Below, in pieces: positions 13,575-25,906 of a DNA stretch of 64,000 nucleotides. Every line of letters begins with the position of its first letter. Position 1 is the stretch's first letter. Under the pieces are notes generated by a model. It was not told where the DNA came from. It did no database searches and worked only from the letters and a program-made list of their open reading frames with translations. A program made the translations under genes and the position numbers. The stretch comes from Eledone cirrhosa (Eukaryota): assembly GCA_964016885.1 (NCBI GenBank), contig OZ024741.1, forward strand, positions 151,218,001 through 151,282,000, given 5' to 3'.

Positions 13575-13990
13575 ACCGGGAGAGATGACCCCTTAGCCTT
13601 TGACAAGGCAGAATTCTAGGAGAAGGAAAACTCTGATATAACACCTGCAACCCTGATGGAATACAATGATGTTGACTTGTTCTTCTTTTTGGTAAATATC
13701 ATCTTGTTTAAGAGAGTGGGACTGGCTTTGTGCAGTGCCTTTGCTCACTATAAAAGCTTCACGGCACAGGCATTGCTTTATATCTGGAGATCTCTCTGCA
13801 CTTGTCGTCACATGGTACCATGGGCCCAGCACTATGTGTCAATAATTGTCACAAGTGTAGTGTTTGTACCAGAGTTTTCAAGTCGCTGGCTGGACTAAAA
13901 AGTCACACTCGTTCAGCGCATCGGTAGGGGGTTCTCCTACATGGATATAAAGTAGTGGCCGTACTCGAAAACCAGTTGGCAACCACCATG
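13575..13990 (-). mobile_element. Short non-coding element embedded in (CATA)n, related to 13201-13487
   Basis: Shared blocks AGTCAACATCAT, TCCCACTCTCT, TGCAGGT and CGAGTA(C/T)GGCCA; (TATG)n flanks. Confidence 0.6.
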
Positions 13991-14335
13991 TAGGTATGTA
14001 TGTATGTATGTATGTATGTATGTATGTATGTATGTATGTATGTATGTATGTATGTATGTATGTATGTATGTATCTATTTGTGTATGTATGTCTGTCTGTA
14101 TGTATGTATATATGTATGTCCCTCTTAAAAAACCCTTCAAAGTACAAGCATTGTTTGTTCAGGATATGTTACAGGTTCGCATGGCTGGCCGTAGCCTAAA
14201 AGTGCACCAAACTCTATAATCTGACAAGCGATTGCAATACTCTTAGCAGAGTTTGCAGCCAACATGTATGTATGTATGTATGTATGTATGTATGTATGTA
14301 TGTATGTATGTATGTATGTATGTATGTATGTATGT

Positions 14336-15765
14336 TTTCTCTTTCTCTTAATTTTGAGTATATTTTTTGACCGGCCACCTTCCTGGTGGCAAGGTTGTAA
14401 AAGAAAAGAAATTGTCATCCCTTGAATCGCAAGAATGTTTTGCAAATTTTGAAGGTGCCAGCTATCGCAGCCATTTGTAGACTATGAATTAGGGAGCTGC
14501 GCTTTTTGTCCGCAAATCCAAGTTCAGTCATACTTTGGTCCAAGCGGGTTGGTATATAACCCGTAGCACCAATACTGATGGGTATGAAGCTAAAGGTGTA
14601 TCTTGGATACTGGATTTGTAAACTCCTCATCAATGGTCCGTAGATGTCCTCCTTCTCCTGTATTTTTCTGACAACGTTTACATCAAGTGGGCAGCTGATC
14701 TCCACAACAGAACACGTTTTCAATGTGTGGTCCCAAACTACAATATCAGGCCGGTTGTGCTTTAATTTGGTGGCAGTTTTTATTTTCAGGTTCCACCAGT
14801 ATTCCTTAGTGCCATCTGTCTCAATATATTCTTCCTCGTTTGTTGTTGATTTTGTTTTCCGAAGTGCGTTCCAGATGGTTCTAGCTATCCCATCGTGTCT
14901 CATGGGGAGGTAGTAGCGAGATGACATTCTTTCGCAGCTGGCAACAATGTGGCTTACATCCTCGATCTTTGTTTTACATAGCCTACATTTATTGTCAGCT
15001 GCTGGCCCTCCTCTTTTGTGCAGCAGATATTTGGTAGGGAGTTCTTGTTCTTGTATTGCATAGAGATATCCCTCAAGGTGTGATGTCATAAACTTGTCGG
15101 AACTCCATGCCAGGCTTTTTGAGTGGTTTATCCCCTCTATGGTCTGTGTTTTACGCCTCAAGTATCCATGCACAACTTTTTCTGTAAATTGGTCAATTTT
15201 TGAATAGGATCTTCCGATTTCTCTGGGTGAGAGATTTATATCGGGCTTTATTCCATATCTCTCCTCCAGATCAGTCGCTATTCTAATGATATTTCTTTTT
15301 TCATGGTCATAAACCTGGGCAAGATGGTTGCCAACCTTTTTCCTCTGTTGAAGGTGTTGCTTCAGTGTTACTATCCGGGTCTCATATGTTGTTAATATTG
15401 ATTTTAGACCCCGGCCACCTTCCTTGCGTGAGAAGTATAGCCTATCCACATCACCATTGATGTTAAAGTTCCCAGTAACACTGAGAAGTTTTCGAGTTCT
15501 AACATCCATCTCACTTAGTTCTTGCAATGACCAGTTCAGTAGGCCAAATGTTGGCGTTAGAATTGGCACAGCATAAGTATTGTGGGCAATGTATTTGTTG
15601 TATGCTGACAGTTCTGATGACCATATTTTCTTTACTCTTCTGAGGTATTCAGTTCTGGTTCTCTCCTTATTTATGGGTCCATCATATCTGACATTCTCAT
15701 CCTGTCCAAGATATCTGTAGTTGTCACCTGACTGCAGAGGTTGTATTGTCAGGCCGTTCATCTCA
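14336..15765 (-). mobile_element. 5'-truncated R4/Dong-type LINE inserted in (CATA)n
   Basis: Uninterrupted ORF plus short 3' UTR, flanked on both sides by (TATG)n. Confidence 0.9.
14415..15761 (-). CDS. C-terminal part of an R4-type ORF: RT thumb, CCHC knuckle, PD-(D/E)xK endonuclease
   Basis: YRYLG, EGGRGL, HGYL, CRLCKTKIEDVSHIVASC, RHD, RPDIVVWD...VVEISCP; 448 aa open but lacking the RT core. Confidence 0.9.
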   Translation of the reverse strand: MNGLTIQPLQSGDNYRYLGQDENVRYDGPINKERTRTEYLRRVKKIWSSELSAYNKYIAHNTYAVPILTPTFGLLNWSLQELSEMDVRTRKLLSVTGNFNINGDVDRLYFSRKEGGRGLKSILTTYETRIVTLKQHLQQRKKVGNHLAQVYDHEKRNIIRIATDLEERYGIKPDINLSPREIGRSYSKIDQFTEKVVHGYLRRKTQTIEGINHSKSLAWSSDKFMTSHLEGYLYAIQEQELPTKYLLHKRGGPAADNKCRLCKTKIEDVSHIVASCERMSSRYYLPMRHDGIARTIWNALRKTKSTTNEEEYIETDGTKEYWWNLKIKTATKLKHNRPDIVVWDHTLKTCSVVEISCPLDVNVVRKIQEKEDIYGPLMRSLQIQYPRYTFSFIPISIGATGYIPTRLDQSMTELGFADKKRSSLIHSLQMAAIAGTFKICKTFLRFKG

Positions 15766-16361
15766 TGTATGTATGTATGTATGTATGTATGTATGTATGT
15801 ATGTATGTATGTATGTATGTATGTATGTATGTATGTATGTATGTATGTATGTATGTATGTACGTATGTATGTATGTTAGTGGGTTTCATTTTGCAAACTG
15901 TCACCAATTATAGGACAGTTGAATATTTAGAGGTTGTACACTTGAATGATGATTGTTTGAACCTGGCCTGTGATATATCATTTCTGTTCACATTGCATTC
16001 ATGATCCAGTAACTCTTGATTGAGTCGTAGAGACACCGCAGTGACATACAACGTTGTAGGGCATGTTATGCTTGCCAGAGCCCATCCCTCTCCCGAGAAT
16101 TATAGCAAGTGAGAGAGAGGAGGCGAGAAAGAGATATAGAGGAATAATCGATCCTTTTTCTAGACTTGGCTGACATTGTAGTATGTAGCCGCCCTGTCAA
16201 AGATGGCCTTATTTGGAGAAAAAATTGAGACCCTAGTGCTGATGTTTGTATAAATATATATATACACACACACATATAAACACACATATATATATTTATA
16301 TATATGTGTGTTTATATGTGTGTGTGTGTATATATATATATATATGCATGTGTGTGTATAT

Positions 16362-16419
<58 letters not shown>

Positions 16420-17061
16420 ATATATATGTGTGTGTGTGCGTGTATGGGTGTGTGTATATGTATGTACAAATACATATGTATGTATGTGTGTGTATCTGTG
16501 TATGCGTAGACATATGTAGTGGTACATATATTTATACGTTTGTACCCACATAGTAAATTGGATTGACAGGTCACGCGTGAATAACTGCAGACAGTGGACG
16601 TATCTAAGTGGTCGAAGAGTGCGGTGACGCCTGAAATCCTAAACCAATGAAAAGGCCGTATTAACAGGATGATGTCAATTGTTGACGATGAAACGGATCG
16701 AATTATTTCAATGGGCTGAAATGCTTTGAAAGCGCAAAATATATCTGAGGACCTTGTGAATGCAGAGTCAGGTTCGATCTGTAACAGATCCTGCCATTGA
16801 GCTGATTGTCGGAGAAACATATGTAATATGTTAATAAATAGTGGTTTGATGCATCACTTATTCCTCGTTATCTACAATAATATACTCTGCTCAGCGCGAA
16901 CATCGAGTGCTCAAACGGCATACCGCCTACGGACGTATTTACTGCAACCATACAACAACTATATATATATATATCATATTTTTTGACATAAATACAGACA
17001 TACATCTCTCCATATATATATACAGAGAGAGAGAGAGAGAGAGAGTGAGTGTGTGTGGGTG

Positions 17062-17101
<40 letters not shown>

Positions 17102-17645
17102 ATACATATGTATATATGTGTGTGTTTATATATATGTACATAGATAATAGCTAGATAGTGTTGCAGAAAATAAACAGTTAATCACATTAAAATAATTTCG
17201 TTTTTTCGATTGAGCAACATTTCTGACAAACTGGCTGCGAGAAATATTCTCGACCTTCTTCATAGTTATATTTCTAACTTGGTCATTGTTGTTTTAATGT
17301 GTGTTACGGTTGTCAACGCTCACTTGGAATAATATTCTTCATAACACAACATAAATATGAGCATTATTTTATTTCGTAAAGGAATTAGCTGTTGTAGACA
17401 GGAATTTGGAACAATGAACTCGCCAATACGGAGCATTCGAGAAATTTGTGGTCTGTCTTTGTATTCCCAGAAATAATCTATTATTTTTACATCCCAGAAA
17501 TAATGTATCGTCATCTACATCATTCAATAATGTATTTTTATATTATCAATGTTACTTTATCCTCACAGATATATCACTATCTATATGATTCAATAATGCA
17601 TCTCTATCTACATCATTCAATAACGTATTTTTGTCTACATCATTC

Positions 17646-17832
17646 AACAATTGTTTACTTTTGGCACAAGGCCAGCAATTATCCAGTGTATTACTGGTAC
17701 TTTATTTTATCGACCCCGTAAGGATGAAAGGCAAAGTTAACCTTGGCGGGATTTGAACTCAGACCATAAAGGGCCGTAACTCTTTGCTGCAAAGCATGGC
17801 GTCCGACCCTCTACCGATACTGCCAATCCACC
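17646..17832 (-). mobile_element. tRNA-headed SINE
   Basis: Near-identical to 61046-61233 in reverse. Confidence 0.9.
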
Positions 17833-17919
17833 AATGATGTATCTTTATCTGCACCACATATATTATGTATTTTTATTTTTTCCCCGTTATTATTTGCGTT
17901 ATATAATGGATACTGGACT

Positions 17920-18230
17920 ACTTGACTACATGTCGGATAGCTAACAATCTTGATACGTAATCTATAGACTCCGGGTTCGATTTCACTGAATGATATTTTG
18001 GGCAAGTGTCATTTGCTTGGCACTAGCCTCTTGAGTGAAATTGGGTATACGAAAGAAAACTGCATTGAGGCTCATTGGATGGGCCTGTGATTCAAAGGAC
18101 CACACTGTATCATGCCGTCCTTCTTGCGATTTACATTAAAGGTATATTGGTCTGTGGAATGCTGAACCATATCCAAACTATACTGCTGATCGAACAGCAG
18201 GAGTAATCAGCATCGGAACCGTCTGGGGTC
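17920..18230 (+). mobile_element. Second SINE-like family, degenerate
   Basis: GGTTCGATT B-box-like motif, TTGGGCAAGTG and GTCTGTGGAATGCT, also seen near 52370-52830, 56090-56400 and 59340-59690. Confidence 0.55.
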
Positions 18231-18664
18231 AATTCCATTCCATTGCATATTACTGATAATTCTAGCTGACAGATGTAACAAGACATTTATGCAATTCTGT
18301 TGGCAATATTTGAGAGACTGTTCAGAAATTAGATAGTGACACCTTTGTGAAATTTCCCATTGGATATCAAACATTATTACTGATATAATTGAAGTAAAAT
18401 TGAATTTTAATGCGAAAATCAAACTGTTGTCGCAAATTTGAGAATGCTAATGTTACCTTTGAACTCTACCATTTGCTCCAGGGTGTTTGCCACAGCAGTT
18501 TCTTAGGTAATTAAATTATTAAGAACGGTAATATATGGAGCTATGAATAAATAAAGAGAATTTGAAATTGGCATCTTTCTATAATGAGGATAACGAAAAT
18601 TAATGCGAAGTACAAATTTGGTGGTTAAATGGACAGACAGAGAAAGTGAGGGAACGAGTGAGAG

Positions 18665-18748
<84 letters not shown>

Positions 18749-18904
18749 GCAGAGCGGGAGAGATAAAAAGAGAGAAAAAGAGAGATTCGTAACAACGATA
18801 CACTCTTTTTCTTAGCGGTAGTGCAGTGTCCACTCGTTTTATTGATGTGAAGGTAATGAACTCATGACACATGTCTCTGGCATCCTTTTTGGGGTGGGGA
18901 GCCT

Positions 18905-18958
<54 letters not shown>

Positions 18959-19280
18959 AATCAGTCTATGTACTTAACTGGCACTTTATTCATTGACCTG
19001 ATGAGGATGAACGGTAAAGTTGACCGCAACAGGATTTGAACTCAGAATGAATGGTACGCTTATGTAATACTCAGGAAGTAGTAGACTTAATACATGAGTG
19101 GTAGGGTTCAGGTCAATGGACCAGTCCTCTGTCCAGTTCAAGGATATAAACCTTCCTCCTATCTAACTACCTCGGAGACCCCCAAATGACCTCCTCCTGA
19201 TAAAACTATAAAAAAATATCTATAAGCGGACCGAAACTGTGGTTCTGCAATTTAACAATAAAAGGGACCGACCGAAATAG

Positions 19281-19650
19281 CCATTCCTTCTGTCAAACAA
19301 CGTAATCTTGACTGAAACAGCGGTTCCTTCTGTCAAACAACGTAATCTTGACTGAAACAGCGGTTCCTTCTGTCAAACAACGTAATCTTGACTGAAACAG
19401 CGGTTCCTTCTGTCAAACAACGTAATCTTGACTGAAACAGCGGTTCCTTCTGTCAAACAACGTAATCTTGACTGAAACAGCGGTTCCTTCTGTGAAACAG
19501 CATAAATTCGCCAGAAAGAGCAGTTCTTTCTGTTAAACAATGTAAATGGGTCCGAAAGAGCAGTTCTTTCCTTCAAACAACGTAAACGCCACCGAAACAC
19601 TGATTCTATCAAACGATGTAGTGGTTATTTTTTCTATCAAACGACGTACT
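19281..19650 (+). repeat. 40-bp minisatellite
   Basis: Unit CGGTTCCTTCTGTCAAACAACGTAATCTTGACTGAAACAG, about 5 near-identical copies followed by degenerate ones. Confidence 0.95.
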
Positions 19651-20109
19651 ACATACACGCAACCAAAATTTTGTCAAACATTCACTACTGTCAAACTCGG
19701 TGCCGTTTTTTGCTGAAATATTTGAGAACTGTTGTCGCTAAAATGGCGAAACCATCATAAAATTGATTTATTTGTATTTGAATTATCTTCTCAAGCTTGG
19801 CTTGTACAATTTATTCGTTTGCTTGTTTATTTGCTCGTTCACTGGCTCGCATTCAATAACAAATAATTCAATTCTGATAAATGATCGATTGAATAGTCGA
19901 TTGGTTGATTGGTAAGCTATTATGAATCAATAGTCAAGTATTTTACAGTACTTCACATACAGTTTGAACATTAAATGTTTACTGACCATTGAATTGGTTG
20001 GATGCCTACATCATTTCATTTAACACTGGCAGACGTTCAGCGTGTTCGATAAGACAAACTCACACCACCCACTACATCACATCACCATGTACTTAGAAAC
20101 TTTTACACA

Positions 20110-20216
<107 letters not shown>

Positions 20217-20217
20217 C

Positions 20218-20470
20218 TTCTACAGGACCAGAACTGTTTCATTCGAAGAAAATCATATATATATATGAAAAGAGTCAGGACCTCGACGGCTGAACTCCGG
20301 CCTTTTCGACAGCTAGTTCTGAAATCATATATATATATATATATATATACACGTGATTTCCTTCGAATGAAACAGTTCTAGTCCTGTTGAATCCATTATA
20401 AAACATTTATACTCTGCCATGTATTGAGTACCTTACTTACTGTGGTTACCCCCGATTGAACCTGGGCTAC
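20218..20470. mobile_element. Family A HHR fragments in divergent orientation, plus a family B fragment
   Basis: 20218-20257 is the reverse complement of 20353-20392. 20270-20325 matches 56985-57040 and the 25 kb hairpin. Confidence 0.65.
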
Positions 20471-21344
20471 ACACACACACACACACACACATACACACAC
20501 ACACACACATACATAAATATAACCTAGTAAATCCTTCTTTAGATGGTTGTTGGTATTGTTATTGCCGTTGCTATTGTTATTGTTGTTGCTGTTGCTGTTG
20601 CTACAGCTGGTGCTGTGATTGTTACACGGTTGTCATTGTGACTGTTCATGTTATCGTTTGTACTACTGCTGCTGTTATTGTCATTGCTGTTGTCTTTGTA
20701 GTTGTTATTACTGTTATTGTTGTTGTTGTTGATATGTTGTTGTTGAGACTGTTGTTGTTGATGCTACTGTTGCTGATTTTATAATGGTCCCGTTGTTGTA
20801 ATTGTTTTTCTTGTAACTGCTGCCACTGTTTTAGGAGCTATTGCTGTTGTTGGTGAAACTGTTGTTGTTGGTGCTACAGCTACTGTAATTGCTATTGTTG
20901 TTGTAGTTATTCTTGGTTTTACCACTGTCGTTGTAATTGTCCTTTTTATTACTACTGCTGTTGTTATTGTTGATGCTGATGCTGCTTTTGTAGTTGTTAT
21001 TGTTGTTCTTGTTTAGACGTATACCAACGGTGATTAAGCAGAGCAGATCTATGATCAAAAGTCTCCGAAGGATGACAATCCCGTTGTTTTAGAAGTATAT
21101 GGGATCAAAATACGATTCTCAAATGTGTCCCGTGTCCTTATTTTAAGAGTGTCGGTGGGATTTGAATTCAGAGTGCAGCGAATGAGAACAATTACCTCAA
21201 ATCATTTAATCCGACATCAGATATTGAATGATATCGATTATTTCTTACTTATATTCTTTTACTGGTTCCAGTCATTAGACTGCAGTTATATCAGGATACC
21301 GCCTTAAAGAGATTTAGACGATCATTTAGACCTCAGTATAAAAT

Positions 21345-21497
21345 GGCAAGATGGAGGATTGGTAGAGTCATTAAAACGTCTGATAGAATGCTTTGCGGTA
21401 TTCGTTTAGGCTCTCTGCTCTCTTAGTTCAAAATTCCACAGAAGTCAACTTTACCTTTCGAGGTCGATAAAAAGTACCAGTCAAGTACTGGAGTCGA

Positions 21498-21581
<84 letters not shown>

Positions 21582-21860
21582 TCTCTCATACTCTGGAATA
21601 AATCTGATATATTCAGACCTGGAGAGTAGATGGGCTCCACCACTTTTGAAAATGCCCTAGAAACGCCATATGTCCATATGTCCCCTATGTTACAGGACCA
21701 TATGGTGGCGAAAAGGCAAGGTTGTTAAAATGACTGAGAGATAGCTTCGTGGTATTCGTTCTGTGTTTTTACAGTCTCAGTTAACATTCTACTACGACCA
21801 ACAATGCCTTTCATCCTTTCAAGATCGATAAATAAAGCACAAGTACTGCATTGGAGTCAG
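21345..21860 (+). mobile_element. Two old SINE copies (~21345-21497, ~21705-21860)
   Basis: Degenerate head, GTTCAAA and CCTTTC..GGTCGATAAA..AGTAC core. Confidence 0.65.
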
Positions 21861-22224
21861 TTCTTCCTCATTTCTCTTCCTCGCTTTCACTCTCTCTTTG
21901 ACTGGAGGAAATTGTGCGTGTGTTCAAATTTAGGGACCAATTTTAAATGCCCAGTACACGCCACATGTCACGCCGGTGCCGCTAACTAATATATATAAAC
22001 CTGCGAGTATACAGGTGGAACTTCCGGACGAACAAGACTTTCTATGAAGCCACGATAAAGGATTACCTAAACTCCACTTCGGTATTCAGTACTCGTTTCT
22101 CTCTCCCGTCATCTACATTCGTACAGTATATACACATGCGCACACACACACACACACATACACACACACACATATATGTATGTGTATGTGTGTGTATGTG
22201 TGTACATGTATATATATGTATATG

Positions 22225-22279
<55 letters not shown>

Positions 22280-22613
22280 TGTTATACTTTGGGAGAGTCA
22301 TGCTGCCAATAAAAACACACGCACTTCAATTTATTACAAATTTGCAGTTGGCTGGTTTAATAACTGAATCGTTGTTTATTTATTGTCAAAGCTCTTTCGT
22401 GAACTCCTCAGTGACTAAATTGTTATTTTGTTTCCCTGCATTCATCTGTCCTACACCATCTTGTTTTTATGTGTGTAGCACCCCTTAATGTGAGAATCTG
22501 CACTGCCATCGCGGTGGGGGGTGGGGGCTTAACGAGGTGGTGATACATGTGTGTGTACGTGTTATGTAGCTATATGCATTTTCTGCTGATACTTACTTGC
22601 TTGTCCATGACTT

Positions 22614-22650
<37 letters not shown>

Positions 22651-23334
22651 TTCTCCATGCCACTTCATTCTCTCTCTTTCTCCCTCTTTGTTTTTCCCTC
22701 CCCTTCTCTCAGGGCCACATCCTATTACTATGCTGAACAATCATAATTTCTTTCGCTCCGTATTTCCTCGACGAAAAGTCAATTTCTCCCACCTTCTGGC
22801 GATTTTTCTTGCACATTTACATGCACAATATGTTGTCCACTCAATCTAGTTGTAAAGATTCACGAGCTAATGATGCATTTGTTTGCGCATGTTACATAAC
22901 CGTGGGCATTTTCTGTTAATATATGTGTGCGTCTTTGGGGAGAGGCGTATTGGCGGGCATGAGAAAAAGTATGCAATGCCTAAATAGAATTTAAATATTC
23001 ATTTATTATCGCTAAGTAGAATCCTTTTTATCCTAGAAGTTCACACACACATCTATTTTGATATAGAATTGTTGAAAATATAGGAGCCATGTGCAGAGGA
23101 AGGCAATGAAAATATATACACACACATAACGGCACATATAAATATAACTACACATAAACATAACTATTTTACGATCATAGAAGGTATCACAATTGTATGG
23201 TGAGTGTACCAGCGAGTGTGTAGGTGAAACTCCAGTATAACAAGCGTCACTGTTTAGATATGCAGATCAGGCCGATCAGTCACTGTATATTTTAGAAAAT
23301 ATAATGTATTTTCACTAGGTCTGACAGTTGGCAG

Positions 23335-23400
23335 GTGAACAGTGAAGTGCACTGATGAAGGGTAATACCCAGAAACATTAGTGTCTGCAGTTCTGTTTAC
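23335..23400 (+). ncRNA. Type I hammerhead ribozyme motif
   Basis: gaagtgca CTGATGA agggtaataccca GAAA cattagtg TC tgcagttc. Stem II gggt/accc; stem III aca/tgt; cleavage triplet GUC; stem I extends via gtgaacag/ctgtttac. Confidence 0.85.
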
Positions 23401-23554
23401 ATGCCAACACAAGAGCAATAACGAGGGGTTCATTCTACAGACATGGCTTTAACAAAGAGGTTATTTGCATAATTGCAAACGAATCGAATATTATTATTAA
23501 TATTCGAATATTATCATTAATATTCGAATATTATCATTAATATTTGAAAAACTC

Positions 23555-23690
23555 AGCTATGCAAACACCGGGCCTAACGCTCTCTGGTGGTGTCCTGCAG
23601 AATCAAGAGGGACTACCGTCTATGCAGCTCAGGCTTGACTAGCCTTCCTCAGGACGGTCCCTCCCACCACTTGCAACCGCTGGACTTGAA
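23555..23690 (-). mobile_element. Diverged copy of the 23.9 kb HHR element
   Basis: Reverse complement reads accgtc CTGAGGA aggctagtcaagcct GAGC tgcaTA gacggt, so GAAA is mutated. Confidence 0.75.
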
Positions 23691-23827
23691 AACAGTCGAG
23701 AATATATAGTTTTCTCGTCTGTGTAAATGAGGTGATTAATCTCATTTGCATATGAAGCTGCATAAGTTGGCTCAACTTATAATAGAAAAGGAATAGGATT
23801 TCGCTTCAAGCATAGCTGTATACAAAT

Positions 23828-24118
23828 ATGTATAGAAATTTCGTATTTCTAAAGAAACATGGTTTTAGGAAGCCGTAGCTATGCAAACACCCGGGCTAAC
23901 ACCTTCTGGTGGTGTCCAGCAGAAGCAAGGGGGACAAGTCCAGCAGTTGCAAGCGATGGGAGGTACCGTCCTGACGAAGGCCAGTCAAGTCTGAAATGCA
24001 TAGACGGTTGTCCCCCTTGATTCTGCTGGACACCACCAGAGGGGGTTAGCCCCGGTGTTTGCATAGCTACGGCTTCCTAAAACCGTGTTTCTTTAGAAAT
24101 ACGAAATTTCATTTCTAT

Positions 24119-24120
<2 letters not shown>
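23828..24120. mobile_element. Fold-back element containing an HHR
   Basis: About 110-bp inverted arms, 23828-23937 and 24008-24120. Confidence 0.85.
23965..24008 (+). ncRNA. Minimal type I hammerhead ribozyme
   Basis: accgtc CTGACGA aggccagtcaagtct GAAA tgca TA gacggt. Perfect 6-bp stem I; palindromic ATGCAT in stem III. Confidence 0.9.
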
Positions 24121-24158
<38 letters not shown>

Positions 24159-24352
24159 ATATATATATATATATATATAACTGAACATAAAAGAAAAACG
24201 AACACAGATATATACATATATGTGTTCAAATCGCAAGGGACCAGATTCGCTAAGGTGAAAAGAATACTAACTATAGACAATAGAGTTTACCAGACTCAAT
24301 TGAAGAATAAATCATGAAAGTAAATACAAACCGGAATTGTGGTAACTACCAA

Positions 24353-24427
24353 TCACCCAGACAGATAATGTTGTTTCGCAAAATTAATTGTGAAGAGGAA
24401 TACCAATTCTTGCTCATCAGTGGGTGA
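24353..24427 (-). ncRNA. Type I hammerhead ribozyme (left arm)
   Basis: Reverse complement reads tcaccca CTGATGA gcaag..ttttgc GAAA caacattatctg TC tgggtga. Confidence 0.85.
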
Positions 24428-24559
24428 AGAATTTAGTGGTGTGACGTTGTGAGACACGCTAATGTGCGTTATTATATATAAGCCATGTGCGTTATTATAT
24501 ATACGCACACTATTCAGTTTTTTAATATACTTGGCAGTGACCGGGATACTAATAATTCT

Positions 24560-24639
24560 TCACCCACTGATGAGCAAAAATTGTTATTCCCCTTCACAAT
24601 TAATTTTGCGAAACAGCATTATCAAACCTGTTTGGGTGA
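24560..24639 (+). ncRNA. Type I hammerhead ribozyme (right arm)
   Basis: tcaccca CTGATGA gcaaaa..ttttgc GAAA cag cattatcaaac ctg TT tgggtga. Confidence 0.85.
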
Positions 24640-24914
24640 TTGGTACTTACCACAATTCCGGTTTGTATTTACTTTCTTGATTTATTCTTAAATTGAGTCT
24701 GACAAACCCTATTGTCTATAGTTAGTATTCTTTTCACCTTAGCGAATCCGTTCCCTTACAATTTGAACACATATATCTATATATCTGTGTTCGTTTTTCG
24801 TTTATATTCTATTATAATATACAGCTCGGAAAAATCTCTTTCCTAGAGCTATTTTATTGTAAGAGACTATTTTGAGTCTCTAACTCAATATATACATACA
24901 TGCATAGATACGTG

Positions 24915-24988
<74 letters not shown>

Positions 24989-24989
<1 letters not shown>

Positions 24990-25180
24990 GAAAATGTTTA
25001 ACCCCAACGGCAGAGCTCAAGCCGTTTCAACGGCTATTTTTTTAAATCCAGAAATACCCGTCGAAACGGCTTGAGCTCTGCCGTCGGGGTTAAACATTTT
25101 CCTATTACCCACTCCACCACCCTAAGTATTGAGTACTTTGGTGCGTTATGGTCCATTTGGCTCCTTACCAGACCTCCTTC
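24989..25180. mobile_element. Hairpin element (family B) with the 3' half of an HHR, in (TA)n
   Basis: 45-bp arms at 24989-25033 and 25058-25102. GAAAcggc..gccGTC present; CUGANGA absent. Confidence 0.7.
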
Positions 25181-25618
25181 GTTATATATATATAGATTGC
25201 TTTATTTTTTTTTCATCCAAATATATTTATTTTAGGTCTGCAATATAATGTCCCCTGCATTAAACATGTTCACTTTAACTTGTACAATAATATAATTAGC
25301 TGGCCAATATAGAAATATCGATAGAAATGTTAACAATTTAATCAATTACATGAGCTGAAGTCTTCAATTAGGAAGAAATTAAATTCCGTAATCCCTAAAA
25401 CCAGAAAGTTTGGCTAAAATATGACTATAACTCAAACTAATTGAGATAGAAGCGTAGAGGATATCGTAGTTATGTGTAATGTATATATATTTACATATAT
25501 GGTCACACATATACACCCATGACCACATAGTCACAGACACAAATATGTAGAGCCATACATACTCTAACACATATTTTGATATAGAATCGGCGAAAATATA
25601 GTTGTGTGCTGATGAATG

Positions 25619-25690
<72 letters not shown>

Positions 25691-25700
25691 TTATGTGTAC

Positions 25701-25906
25701 ATAATTGTTTCTACTTGAGGCACAAGGCCAGCAATTTGAAGGGGACGGGAAAGTCGATTAAATCGACCCCAGTGTATTACTGGTGCTTCATTTTATCGAC
25801 CCCGAAAGGATGAAAGGCAGAGCTAACCTCGACGGGATTTGAACTCATAACGTAAAGGGCCGTAACTATATGCTACAAAGTAGGTTGTCCGGCGCTCTAC
25901 CGATAT
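25701..25906 (-). mobile_element. tRNA-headed SINE
   Basis: Core and B box as in the other copies. Confidence 0.85.

Larger units (their letters stand above)
24175..24815. mobile_element. Fold-back element with ~260-bp arms, each carrying an HHR
   Basis: Arms at ~24175-24437 and ~24548-24815. Confidence 0.9.

Noticed and set aside
13930-13990. HDV-like ribozyme at the 5' end of the (CATA)n elements
   Set aside because: A P1-like hairpin and a distal pairing exist, but there is no room for P3/P1.1.
16560-16820. Possible exon in unique sequence
   Set aside because: No convincing splice pair or recognisable protein; the ORF runs into microsatellite.
19281-19650. CRISPR-like array
   Set aside because: Contiguous identical units with no unique spacers; eukaryotic context; no cas genes.
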